From Octopus vulgaris (lineage: Eukaryota), in contig OX597823.1 of assembly GCA_951406725.2 (NCBI GenBank), positions 16,058,001 through 16,122,000 of the forward strand: a DNA stretch of 64,000 nucleotides, read 5' to 3'. Made by a program: the position numbers and the translations under genes. The first letter of the stretch is position 1; each line of letters opens with the position of its first letter. Below, in pieces: positions 13,516 to 26,370 of the stretch. Below the pieces are notes generated by a model. That model had not been told where the DNA came from. It did no database searches and was given only the letters and a program-made list of their open reading frames with translations.

Positions 13516-13715
13516 TGTGTCTGTGTTTTTCTCCCCAACATTGCTTGGCAACTGATGCTGGTGTGTTTACGTCTTCATAACTTAGCGGTTCGGCAAAATA
13601 GACCGATAAAATAAGTAATAGGCTTGCAAAGAATAAGTCCTGGGGTCGATTAACTCGACTAAAGGCGGTGCTCCAGCATGGCCGCAGTCAAGTGACTGAA
13701 ACAAATAAAAGAATA
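13510..13715 (+). mobile_element. SINE family B, 3' half
   Basis: Match to the family B 3' half. Confidence 0.8.
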
Positions 13716-13961
13716 ATACACAAATAGGGTAGCAACATGATTTGACCAATAGTTTTAAAGAACCATCAGTATAATAAACAAATAAAACAAATAATTAAAT
13801 AAATAAATGAACATATATATTAAGTATAAATAGCAACGAAGCCGAGGGTGGTGACGATGGTGTTAATGGGAGATGTGGTGGTAGGGGGAGTGAAGGTTGC
13901 GGCCGTGATGGTGAGATAATGAAGATGAGAACGACGATGTTGACGACGACGACGACGATGA

Positions 13962-14167
13962 TGTGGGTAGTAAAGAAATGGGTATTTCGTCTGCCTCTAC
14001 GTTCTGAGTTCAAATTCCGCCGAGGTCGACTTTGCCTTTCATCCTTTCGGGATCGATTAAATAAATACCAGTTATGCACTGGGATCGATGTAATCGACTT
14101 AATCCCTTTGTCTGTCCTTGTTTGTCCCCTCTGTGTTTAGCCCCTTGTGGGTAGTAAAGAAATGGGT
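13962..14167 (+). mobile_element. SINE family C body unit
   Basis: Match to family C. Begins and ends with TGTGGGTAGTAAAGAAATGGGTA. Confidence 0.8.
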
Positions 14168-14408
14168 AATTATATTTGTGATACTGTGGTGATGATGATG
14201 TTGATAATGATGATGATAGTGATTGCGAAAAAAAATGGAAGAGGAGGGAAGAGGGGAGGAGGCAGAGAATAAAGTGAAAGCAGCTCTCCCACCGTAACAT
14301 CGTATTGCACCTCATCTAGAAAATATCTTACTCGTTGAGCATTTGATCTTCAATAGCAGTTATTAGGAAAAGCGGAACCACTGAACTGAGTGGTGGTGGA
14401 AGCTTAAG

Positions 14409-14459
<51 letters not shown>

Positions 14460-14460
<1 letters not shown>

Positions 14461-14913
14461 CCGTATGAAAGATGGCAGAGTCCCCAAGGACATACTCTAC
14501 GGAGAGCTTGCTAGGGGTACTAGGTCTGTGGGTAGACCGATCTTACGTTACAAGGATGTTTGCAAAAGAGACATGAAGGTCTGCAACATCAATATTAGCA
14601 GTTGGGAAGCAATTGCCAGCAACCGTGGAGATTGGTGACGTACCGTAAAAGAGGGATCACAAAGGAGTGACAAAGAGAGAGAGGAGAAATGGAAAGACAA
14701 GAAAAGACGTCAACAAGAAACTATGACACTACAACAAGCCAGGAATAGTCTTCGCTACATTTGCGGTACCTGCCAGAGGGAGTGTTTGTCCAGGATAGGA
14801 CTACACACCCACAGCAGGAAATGTATCAGGACCTGATATGTAAAAGCCGGACTGGACTATTTTATGCGCAACTCCATTGTCTCCCGAGATGAAAAAGATG
14901 CCAAACTACTACT
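14460..14913 (+). mobile_element. RTE-clade LINE 3' fragment in (TA)n
   Basis: Manual translation RMKDGRVPKDILYGEL..GTRSVGRP.LRYKDVCKRDMK...W..IASNRGDW*R...YICGTCQRECLSRIGLHTHSRKC. (ACT)n tail. Confidence 0.85.
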
Positions 14914-14918
14914 ATATA

Positions 14919-15015
<97 letters not shown>

Positions 15016-15330
15016 ATTGTCTACCAGTCTTTTGTGTACATCACTAAAACTCGAGAACTACCCAACGGATTTCATTCAAATTTCACACGTGACTTACTTA
15101 GGTCCATGCAGTATCATGGGCCAATAACATTTTCAACTTCTTGCCTAATGCGAGTCCGGAGCAATCTCTTATCTCTTACACTGTTTCGGTATTACGTGTT
15201 AAAGGTGAAACAATAACATCAATATTAATACGTTCACTATTATATAGTTTCAATTTCAATTACTATCATTATGTACCTATATACATTAGTCTCATTTCTA
15301 TTACTTTAAATATGTATTTATATACATGTT

Positions 15331-15382
<52 letters not shown>

Positions 15383-15386
<4 letters not shown>

Positions 15387-15587
15387 ATCCAAACAAGAAA
15401 ACACAAAAAAAAACACAACAACGCGAGGACGTGGAACAAATATAGTATTATTGGACGCTCAGGAAAGAAGGGAAGAAGGAGGGTTTAACGTTTCGAGCGG
15501 AGCTCTTCGTCGGAAACATAGGAGAAGGAAAGATCCCGAGAAGGGAAGACAGAGGAAAAAAACGCCAACGGTACTCACGAGGTCACA
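15383..15587 (-). mobile_element. Penelope pLTR/retrozyme-like short repeat
   Basis: Copy of 7905-8112 and related to 36485-36660. Confidence 0.7.
15483..15517 (-). ncRNA. Minimal hammerhead variant (U4->C)
   Basis: GTTT-CCGACGA-A-GAGC tcc GCTC-GAAAC-GTT-AAAC, with palindromic AACGTT stem III. Confidence 0.65.
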
Positions 15588-15719
15588 TGTATATATGTAT
15601 ATGCATATATATGTATGTATATATGTGTATATATACATGTGTGTGTGTATATATATATGCATATATATGTTTATATATATGTTTATATATATATATATAT
15701 ATGTAAAAGTAAAAAAATA

Positions 15720-15815
15720 TAAACTGAGACAAGAACGTGAAACATTTAGAAGACGACACAAAAAACACGGACGGGACATTCGAAGCCCTCAATCTTCAGT
15801 CAAGAACCGGATCAT
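15720..15815 (-). mobile_element. Truncated copy of the 6815-7130 repeat
   Basis: Shares CACGGACGGGACATTCGAAGCC.TCAATCTTCAGTCAAGAACCGGATCATC. Confidence 0.75.
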
Positions 15816-15830
15816 CTATATATATATATA

Positions 15831-16058
15831 TTTCTTTACTACCCACTAGGGGCTAAACACAGAGGGGACAAACAAGGACAGACAAACGGATTAAGTCGAT
15901 TATATCGACTCCAGTGCGTAACTGGCACTTAATTTATCGACCCCGAAATGATGAAAGGCAAAGTCGACCATGGCGGATTTTGAACTCTGAACGTAGCGGC
16001 AGACGAAATACGGCTACACATTTTGCCCGGCGTACTAACGATTCTGCCAGTCCGCCGC
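15831..16058 (-). mobile_element. SINE family C
   Basis: Full reverse-complement match. Confidence 0.85.
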
Positions 16059-16199
16059 CTTCTCATCTATATATATATAACAAAGTGAAGTTGTAAGATA
16101 CCGCACGAGTGGAAATATATATGAAAGAAGGTTTGATATATATACATACACATATATACATATATATATACATATATATACACATATAAATACACATGC

Positions 16200-16240
<41 letters not shown>

Positions 16241-16560
16241 TATGAAAGAAGGTTTGATATTGCAATTTTAAAAGATATTTATTCACTTGACCGGTTTCAC
16301 CTTTTTAGAGAAAGATTGTCAAAAGTAAAATGTAAAGCTTTGTTGTGTTAAATACAGGTGGTCACAAAATATTACAATACATATATACATTCTTATCAAA
16401 GAATGTATATATGTATTGTAATATTTTGTGACCACCTGTACTTAACACAACAAAGCACAAAGCTTTACATTTTACTTTTGACAATCTTTTTCTAAAAAGG
16501 TGAAACCGGTCAAGTGAATAAACATATTTTAAAATTGCAATATCAAACCTTCTTTCATAT
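16241..16560. repeat. Fold-back palindrome, about 155-bp arms, each arm with a hammerhead-like motif
   Basis: TATGAAAGAAGGTTTGATATTGC... / ...GCAATATCAAACCTTCTTTCATA. Confidence 0.9.
16471..16518 (+). ncRNA. Hammerhead variant with U3-A8 core (mirror copy at 16282-16329 on -)
   Basis: TTTACTT-TTGACAA-TCTTTTTCTAAAAAGGT-GAAA-CCG-GTC-AAGTGAA. Confidence 0.6.
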
Positions 16561-16737
16561 ATATATGTATATATATATATATTTATACATGTGTATTTAT
16601 ATGTGTATATATATGTATATATATGTATGTATATATATATATATATATATATGCATATGTATGTATATTTATGTATATATATGTATATGTATGTATATAT
16701 GTATATATATATGTATGTATATATATATGTATGTATG

Positions 16738-16768
<31 letters not shown>

Positions 16769-16991
16769 GCAATATATGTATGTATGTATATATATATATG
16801 CATATATGTTTATATATATATGTGTCTATATACATATATATGTGTGTGTAGAAATAAGACTTTCCTATATATATGTATATATTTGTGTGTGTGTTTGTGT
16901 GTGTTTGTCTTTGTTTGTACCCCCAATAAAACAATAAAAACTATGCCATTTTAAAACTTCCGCAAGGACACGTATCTCTGCTAGTATAGAT

Positions 16992-17062
<71 letters not shown>

Positions 17063-17133
17063 CAGACAGATTATCATATAATAATATAAATAAAAAATAT
17101 ATATGCATATATACATGCATATATGTACATGCT

Positions 17134-17214
<81 letters not shown>

Positions 17215-17224
17215 GTATGTATAT

Positions 17225-17850
17225 GCATATATGGGTACAGGACGTCACGAAACGTAAACAACATGAAATACGGAAACTACATGAATTACGTAATCCGAAA
17301 AGAACATGAAATACGAAGGCAAACTTGGGTATGCGAACAACGAGAGAAAGAAATGGAAAACAAGACAAGTAACATAAAGAACGACCCTTCATCAGTTGTG
17401 GGTTGTTCATCTGCTCCACATTTCGAGCAACTAACGACAAATGAGGCTTCGAAAAACAGTTGCTCCCGCGAACCAAAATAAAATTTGGGATTTTGCGGTG
17501 GGTTAAAGTTGGTAACAAAAACAGGACAATGGAGACATACAACAAACCAAACGTAAACAAACATGGAGGACCATTATGCCAGACGAGGTAAGGTAGCGAA
17601 AGCTGGGGGAATATTGTTACCAACTTCAAACCCTCCGGAAAATTCCAAATTTTATTTTGGTTTGCGGGGGCAACTGTTTTTCGAAGCCCCATATTGTCGT
17701 TAATTGCTCGAAATGTGGAGTAGATGAAGGGTCGTTCTTTATATTATTTGTCATGTTTCCCATTTGTTTCTCTCGTTGTTCACACACCCAAGTTTGCCTT
17801 CTTATTTCATGTTGCTTACATTGTGTGACGTCCTGTACCCACACATGCAT
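17225..17850. repeat. Large imperfect inverted repeat, arms about 250-290 bp, in (TA)n
   Basis: GGGTACAGGACGTCAC...GTTGGTAACAA / TTGTTACCAAC...GTGACGTCCTGTACCC. Confidence 0.9.
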
Positions 17851-17914
17851 ATATATATATATATATATACATATATATGTAAGTATGTACATATATGTAT
17901 GTATATATGCATAC

Positions 17915-17949
<35 letters not shown>

Positions 17950-17969
<20 letters not shown>

Positions 17970-19200
17970 GGCGTTTGTCTCTGTGTGCGTTTGGGGTTGC
18001 TCTAACTCCTCCCTCACCGTCTAACCGATTTTAATGATTTTTGGCACATAGGTAGATCACATGCCCTGCAGTTCAAAGAAGGCCGGAATTTTTCGAAGAC
18101 TCAATAATGCTCAGTTGGCATCGATTTTTGTGAGCTCAGTCGGACGTTTGAATGGAAATTCCCATTACGATGTTATTTTTCCTACAGCTCTGGCATTTTC
18201 AGTCCGATTTTGATGAAAATCGATGAGTGAGCGAAGCTCATAGCAGTGAGCTGTTGTCAGTATATGGCGTTGACAAAAAATCGAGAACTGTCCCTGAGCA
18301 GTGGTTTTATAAAATCAATAGGCTTTTTGCGTGCAAATACGCATAGGGATTTATTTTTGTCGTAACTTTTATATTTTCAATCCGATTTTAATGAAATTTG
18401 AGATGTAAGAAAACTTTGTGGTGGGGAAGACGGTAAAGGTGTTTATTTAATTCAAAATGGTTTGAAAAGGGCACAAATGCAACTAAACATTTCCTTAGGG
18501 ACATTCTCTTCGATTTTGTAGAAATTTTACACATGATTACAGTTCACATCCATTAGTTGATGCCATCATGAAGAGTTGGGGAAAAATCGATAATTGCGCG
18601 TGAGCGGAGGATTTTAAGAAATCAATAGGCTTTTTGTATGCAATAACCCATAGGATTAATATTTTATTCTGTAACTTTTACAGAATTCATCCGATTTTGA
18701 TAAAATTTTGCATTTAGGTGAAGTTTATGGTCGGTGTTGTGTATAAGAGTTAAGATTAAACTAGTGAAAGGCAAAAATCGTCAAAATTCACTCACAATAA
18801 AATAATGAACTGATTTTGAAGAAAATTAACCCATGAGTAAAATTAAGCACTTCGACACATGAAACATCGAATATTCATATAATGTATTGGGATTTAAAAG
18901 TCAATGGGATATTTTCATATAAATGGTCACATGGATTCTATTCTTTTGACATAATATTAACACTTTTCTTTGGATTTTGCTGAAATTGGACACGCTGATC
19001 AATTTTGTACAGAGGGTGGCATTAAGTGGAGAGAAATAAACAAACATCACTCTCAACGAGTCGAGGTACACCCCAAAGTTTGACTGCGATTTCAGACGGT
19101 TCAGTATGTAGGAGTATGTCGAAAACGTTAACCGGGTAAAATACCTGCCGAACCAGATATAACATCTTAATTGGTAATAGTTGGCACAGGGAACGTAAAA
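17950..19200 (+). mobile_element. Degenerate Helitron/Helentron-like element with internal dispersed repeats
   Basis: Recurrent CCGATTTT(G/A)ATGAAA motif at about 18025, 18204, 18382 and 18691, and AAATCAATAGGCTTTTTG at about 18312 and 18618. The family call is inferred. Confidence 0.4.
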
Positions 19201-19275
19201 GATTTCAATAAAAAGTTAGAGGTGGGCTTAACTTCAACACTGAAAACACGAACAACACCGGGTCCAACAGCTTGT

Positions 19276-19325
<50 letters not shown>

Positions 19326-19399
19326 AAAGGATATGTTATAATACTATTCCACACATATACCAACAATCCAATAACACTATTCCACATATACAAAAACAA

Positions 19400-19636
<237 letters not shown>

Positions 19637-19699
19637 GCCGGGCTGTTATTTTCGTTGTAATAGTCTTCCAGTATTCTTTCTGTTTAAAGAGATGGATAC

Positions 19700-22250
19700 C
19701 TTCTGGATCTATTGTGCCTTTAGCATAGCTACCAAGACAATCCTTCGTGTGTACACCATCACATATGGTTTATCGAACATCGTGTTTCGTGGGACAGTTT
19801 TGCGTAACTATTAATGATGTGGGTGATAACTTCTTCACTGGTATGACACAATCAACATTATCTATCACAACATGACAGTCTAGAAGCATCCTTATCTCTC
19901 TTGCTGATCAGGTATTTAGCAGCTATCTTCTGTTCCTGTTAGGCAAAGGTGTAGCCTTGTAAGTAAGACGTAAAGTACGGGAAGTATTTGTCACAGAGCC
20001 AGAAGAGGTTACTTATCTCTTCTGATGTTGTTAGTATTCTCTAGAATACTGTTATGATGAGTATTTTTCCTACAGGCTTCTTTTTAAGCAGGCCAGTTCA
20101 ATTAGCTTTGTTTCACATGGAACAACTGTATATTCAAAGTGCCTATCTCATGATATTATTTTCACCGTCGATTGCAGATGTGATGTAGTCATTTCTCATG
20201 TTACTGTTCAGTAGGTGTTATCTAAGTTAATACTATGTAGCATTCAAAAGCTGCCTTTGCCGCCATCTCTTTGTTCCAATATAGATCTTATCAACTTAAT
20301 CCCTTTGTATGTCCTTGTTTGTCCCCAATATGTTTAGCCCCTTGTGGGCAATAAAGAAATAAATATAGCTCTTGTCAATGTCACAGCCGATGTAGAAGTT
20401 AACAGTTGCTGTTAGTATCTTTTTAGTCTTGATGTCCAAGTTGCACCTATCTGCAAGTATCCGTTCAAATACACTACGAAAGCATTGTGAAATATGGTTA
20501 TATAGAATGCAGACAGTTGTGATTTCTCTACTTTCCGAAGTCTATGAAATATTTGTCTATCATTCTAACTTTACTCACAGCACCAACGTATGCGATATTA
20601 TTCTCATCAATTTTGAGATACTTGCAACATTCATCCTTATAAATCATTATAAATAAGGGAGGCCAGTGATATCTATATTCCTGACAAAACTTCAATCTCT
20701 TGTCCTGCGAGAACGATATGGCCTGTTCTAAGAGTGTCTTGGTACCATGAATAATATTTTAAAACAGTTTAGTCTTAAACAAAAATTACGTATAAGAAAT
20801 TAATTTTTCTTTCCTTTATCCTTTCCTCTGCGTCTAGCAGGATGAAAATCATTAGATAAATCTGTCACCCCGAGTCATTCTTGTTGGTAGCCTAATAAAG
20901 TTAGTTGTTTTAGTAGTAGCTTCGTTTCTTATCGGTAACTACGTGAATCATACTTCTGATAGGCTCTTAATGGCATCGACTATAGCAGCTGAAACCTTGG
21001 TAAGGTGTAGTGAACTTAGTATCAATGAGTGAGAAACAAAATCTAGACTTAAGCGGTGCCTGTCTGTTCATCAGTCAGTACGTTGTGTTTCGCAATGACG
21101 TGGAGGAACATAATATTCAAGCATGCCATATGTCTGTAGATTTTGGTCGCATGCACTTTTATTAGGTTGTCCCAAAAGTTCGTAAACACTTGCGAAAATT
21201 GAATTTTTACTCGCCAAGTACTAACAAAAACAACAAAAATTATTCCTCAAAATAAAGACCATTATTTTCCAAGACTTTCTACGAACTTTTGGGACAACCT
21301 TATATTATACGTACAAATGTCAGCCAGCCTAGCACATCGAGTTCATCGTTCGTTGTTCTTTTAAACAGATTAACGAGGATCGCCCTGAAAATAATGCTAG
21401 CTTTCTGAACCAGTAACCGTCTATCAAGTTGCCCCAAGATGATTTTCCGTTTGGTAGTTTTGCGACAACTATCAGGAGAGTTTCATTGGTGACATATTTT
21501 GGGAGAGATGTCTCCACAGTACTCACTCCGTAGTGCGGTTATATTGTTTGTTCACATACCAGATCCTTCTTCAAAATAACTCCAGATCATTCTCAGGAAG
21601 AGCTTTTACAACATTTATGGCTAGTCATACTGTGGTATATCTCTTGGAAGCTTAATGCAAACTTGCGGTGATGATATTATGTTCTGGCAATTTCTTACGA
21701 TAACGAAGTTTTTCACTTGCCACTCGTAGTTTGCTTTTAGGGGCATTTATCTTGTGTTTCTTGTCAGCAGTTCCCATAAATCTCAAAGAATCTATCATAA
21801 AGACGCAGCTAGTGGTCCAGGGGTTTGTTATTCATCCTACGCTTAATAATAGTATCTACTTGTCCAGTATTTTCCCTTGCCTGTCGACATTTCGTGACGG
21901 GAGCCCACCCAATTTGGGTGTGCTTTCTCATTACAATCAATCGTTGTTACTCCCGTCTATTGGTGAAGGATAACTAGAGCACAGTAAATCGGGATTCCAA
22001 TGTCCAAAAGTTGAAATCGGACATACAATTTGTGCTAGGTGTTCTTTAGCAGCTTGACCGATCACGGATAACGTCAAGTAGGTATGTTTCCCATCGATTT
22101 AATTCATAATCGTCCTTACAAGCTCTTGTTTGTTGATGTAAATGGTGTGTTAACTCATTTCTGCTTGCTCATAAGCTCATTCATGCAATGTTGGTAGCCT
22201 TGTGCCAGTACTATTGTTGCTATTATTATTACTATATCAACCGTAGTTCC
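19700..22250 (-). mobile_element. Highly decayed R4/Dong-like LINE
   Basis: Residual peptides WGNLIDGYWFRKL and QGYTFA..EQKIAAKY, plus a C.L.C zinc-knuckle remnant paralleling 43016-43714. Confidence 0.55.
21160..21304. mobile_element. Tc1/mariner-type MITE
   Basis: TIRs TATTAGGTTGTCCCAAAAGTTCGTA / TACGAACTTTTGGGACAACCTTATA with TA ends. Confidence 0.8.
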
Positions 22251-22382
22251 CGTTCTTTACAATCTTCTCGGGAAAAGTCAATTGGTTGTTCACGCATATA
22301 TTCAAACATGTTATTTGTTTGACCATGACAAGCAGAATATATATAACGGGACAAGCAGTATAGATATATAGTACAACAAATA

Positions 22383-22443
<61 letters not shown>

Positions 22444-22595
22444 AGTAGTTGAATGAATTGTCTTATTAAGGATAATTCGAAAGATAACCGATACCTGGGT
22501 AGTAAATTCACATCAGAAAGAACACGGTTTAAGCTACGTCCCTAGGGCATAGACTACGTGTCTTCGTGCGGAAATTTGTATGTTTATTTTAAAAT

Positions 22596-22705
22596 TATAA
22601 GTATATGAAAGAATGGAGTTGAACAACTAGTTAACAAATATCCTTTATTCTCTAGAGAATAAAGGATATTTGTTAACTAGTCGTTCAACTCCATTCTTTC
22701 ATATA

Positions 22706-22711
<6 letters not shown>
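22596..22711. repeat. Near-perfect loopless palindrome, 116 bp
   Basis: Centred on TCTCTAGAGA with one mismatch. Abuts (TA)n. Confidence 0.92.
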
Positions 22712-22781
<70 letters not shown>

Positions 22782-23267
22782 TGTATGTATATAGTAGGAG
22801 AAGCAGTATATATTTCTCTTGACACTTAAATGGGAATAGTTGAGGTATTTTAAGTGCCAGTATTCTTTAATCCTTTCTATGTAACCAATCGAAGAGCATT
22901 CGCACCCGCCTTCCTTTTTGTTTGTTTGTTTGTTTGTAGAACTGATACAGATTTGATTCAATTCAGAACTCCACTGAATTCTCCCTCAGCAATAGATGAC
23001 ACCATATTCATGTCATGCCACAACGTAAGAGTAAGCAACATGCTGGGCTTCAATTTATTTTACCGTTTGATTACGGCTATGATATTCTTTAAATAGGTGC
23101 TACTACGCAATTGTCCTATGAAGATAGGCATTTTTCTTATCAGGTTTATATAAATGACAAAAGTTTTAGAGGATAGCGCTCAGTTCACGAAAGATGAATG
23201 GTCTCCTTATGTCAACGCGAATGGATGGATTGAATGCCACATTTTTATAGCTGTATATATACCTATG

Positions 23268-23320
<53 letters not shown>

Positions 23321-23325
<5 letters not shown>

Positions 23326-23387
23326 AAAAAAGCAACAAGAATGGATTAAAATCTCAGTACAATCCATTCTTGTTGCTTTTTTCCTAT
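23321..23387. repeat. Fold-back hairpin at the start of a short element in (TA)n
   Basis: ATAGGAAAAAAGCAACAAGAATGGATT / AATCCATTCTTGTTGCTTTTTTCCTAT. Confidence 0.9.
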
Positions 23388-23504
23388 TTGTAATCACCCC
23401 ACTTGTCGTATGGTTAACACCATATAGATTTCCGGTGCATCCTAGTTAAGGACCATATTCATGTGAATTCATTAGAATTCACTTGAATCTCAATGACTTA
23501 AACC

Positions 23505-23553
<49 letters not shown>

Positions 23554-23654
23554 CAAAATAAGCAACACAGGATATCAAGTAGTAATGTAGTACGACTGTT
23601 TTAAGCGGCTCCATTTAATTGAACAATGCAATCATTACAACAATTTAAATGCAG

Positions 23655-23684
<30 letters not shown>

Positions 23685-23689
<5 letters not shown>

Positions 23690-24050
23690 AGGATACTACA
23701 TGTGCACTTGCATCGTTAAAAATAGAAGTGGAAAATACTTCTGCGCCACGGAATAGACCCACAATTAATACTAGCATGATGGGGGAAAATTCCAGTGAAT
23801 AATAGAATCGTCTTACCTCTGCTAAGTCAGTAAAAGAAATGCTGGTTAGTTTGATATCATGATTTCGAATTTAGCGCCAAACGGTGCCTGATTCACATTA
23901 GCCAAACCTACCCCAGCCAACAAATACTAAAATTTGCCTCCACCATGCTTTCAAATTCGTTTGAAGTGGCCTTTATGACTACTCCGTCGTACAGAAGTAT
24001 TTTCAACTTCTATTTTTAGCGATACAGGTGCTCACGTAGTACCCTTGCAT
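23685..24050. repeat. Imperfect inverted repeat (about 70-bp arms) enclosing a decayed hammerhead-like motif
   Basis: ATGCAAGGATACTAC...ACGGAATAG / CTACTCCGT...GTAGTACCCTTGCAT. Confidence 0.8.
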
Positions 24051-24065
24051 TATATATATATATAA

Positions 24066-24455
24066 TGGCTGTGTGGTAAGTAGCTTGCTTACAAACCACA
24101 TGGTTCCGGGTTCAGTCCCACTGCGTAGCACCTTGGGCAAGTGTCTTCTATTATAGAGCCTCGGGCCGACCAAAGCCTTGTGAGTGGATTTGGTAGACGG
24201 AAACTGAAAGAAGCCCGTCGTATATATGTATATATGTATATGTATGTATGTGTGTGTGTATGTTTATGTGTCTGTGTTTGGTCTCCCCAACATCGCTTGA
24301 CAACCGATACGTCCGCGTAACTTAGCGGTTCGGCAAAAGAGACCGATAGAATAAGTACTAGGCTTATAAAGAATAAGTTCTGGGGTCGATTTGCTCAACT
24401 AAAAAGGTGGTGCTCCAGCATGGCCACAGTCAAATGACTGAAACAAGTAAAAGAG

Positions 24456-24456
<1 letters not shown>
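24066..24456 (+). mobile_element. SINE family B
   Basis: Near full-length match. Confidence 0.9.
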
Positions 24457-24491
<35 letters not shown>

Positions 24492-24519
24492 TGTATGTAT
24501 GTATGTATGTATGTATGTA

Positions 24520-24733
24520 TATTTCTTTACTGCCCAGAAGGGGCTAAACATAGAGGGGACAAACAAGGACAGACGAAGGGATTGAGTCGATTATTTCGAC
24601 CCCAGTGCGAAACTGGTACTTTATTTATCGACCCCGAAAGGATGAAAGGCAAAGCTGACCTCGGCGGAATTTGAACTCAGAACGTAACGACAGACCAAAT
24701 ACCGCAAAGCATTTCGCCCGGCGCGCTAACGTG
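24520..24733 (-). mobile_element. SINE family C
   Basis: Reverse-complement match. Confidence 0.85.
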
Positions 24734-25038
24734 TATGTATGTATGTATACAAACAAGTTACATGAAATTTAAGGATTGAGGCGATAAAAATAGAATCAGT
24801 CTGCTAGATTGACGAAACTGTTAAGACTTCAGAGAGGTTGGCTTGTGGTGCCTGATTCGGTTCTTTACCTCCTGACAACAAGGTTTGTGGTGAGACTGGT
24901 GCTAAGCTGTATCAGCCTTTGCTTTGCTCTTCCTTTAGACAACATCAGTGGTGTAGTGAGAAGAGGCTTGCATGGGTAACTACTAGTCTTCCACGAAAAT
25001 AGATTTAGTCCAAGTGCCGATATACATAGAGAACTTAT

Positions 25039-25082
<44 letters not shown>

Positions 25083-25238
25083 GTGTGTGTTTGTATACAT
25101 ACATACATGCATACATACATATTTTCCTGTATATGTGTGCGCTTATAGATACATATATGAGTATACACATACACACATATATCTTTATATATAAGTAAGC
25201 CTCTTGAATCATTAGGTTTTATTTTCTTAATTTTACCA

Positions 25239-25293
<55 letters not shown>

Positions 25294-25373
25294 CATTATT
25301 ATTATTATTATTATTATTTATTATTATTATACTATTTTACTATTATTACTATTATATATGTGTGTGTGTAATA

Positions 25374-25428
<55 letters not shown>

Positions 25429-25437
25429 CTATTTTAC

Positions 25438-25515
<78 letters not shown>

Positions 25516-25874
25516 TATGTAATTCTGCATGTGCCTGCGTGTGTGCTTGTGTTCCATTTAATATGTGGTACTAAGACAAAAGTGCTTAATAAAGTGTTTC
25601 GTTGGATGCGAGACTGATTTGTGTTTAGTAATATTCAAGATAAACAGGATTACGCGCAATCAGAACCATAGCTTCACCCAGTCATCCTTTTATTCCACAG
25701 TACTAAGTTGAGAGAAAAAAATATCTGCTGATCTGTAATAATTATTAGCTTGACCGATTCGAATGGCGTGTAATCCTGTCTCGTATATATATATTAAAAG
25801 ACATCAATCAGTCTTTAAAACAGAAAACTATAAAGATCACTTTTTGATACTTTTGAGTCAAAAGAAGCTGAAAG

Positions 25875-26030
25875 CAGTGAGATGGCAGAATCATTAGCAC
25901 ATCGGACAAAATCCTTAGCAGTATTTCTTCCGGTTCTTTACGTTTTGAGTTCAAATATCGCCAAAGTTGACTTGGCCTTCCATCCTTTCGGGTTCTTTAA
26001 AATAAGTACCAGTTGAGCATTGGGGCTATG
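25875..26030 (+). mobile_element. Diverged SINE family C
   Basis: GGCAGAATCATTAGCAC...GAGTTCAAAT...CCTTCCATCCTTTCGGG. Confidence 0.7.
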
Positions 26031-26370
26031 TAGGGGACTACCCCGGATCTAGTCCTTCTCTTTCGCAAAATGAGCTCCCTTTAATTTTGCTCCGAATGCT
26101 TTCAATTTTGGTGTATCAATGCAATTCTGAATTTTCATTACGATCAACTAATTACTTTATCTCGTAAATTAAAGAATCTGATGTTATTTGGAATTAAAGT
26201 TGGGAAATTTGGGTAATTTTAGCCAATCAACAGACAGCGAGGCATTAACAGCTTGTTACCATAACAACCGCACGTTGTGTTGTGTTTCACCCGCATTTGT
26301 TGATTCTTCACACCACGAAATTTATTTCACCCGCGTGTTTTGTTTTTATAAAGATGTATAGTTATCAATT

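Larger units (their letters stand above)
16067..16984 (+). mobile_element. Decayed non-autonomous Helitron hosting a palindromic element
   Basis: 5' TCTATATATA..AAAGTGAAGTTGT as at 35342, and 3' GTATCTCTGCTAG as at 37433. Confidence 0.5.

Noticed and set aside
22455-22522. Minus-strand CTGATGT..TTC-GAAT HHR-like string
   Set aside because: Both core halves deviate and stems I and III cannot be drawn reliably.
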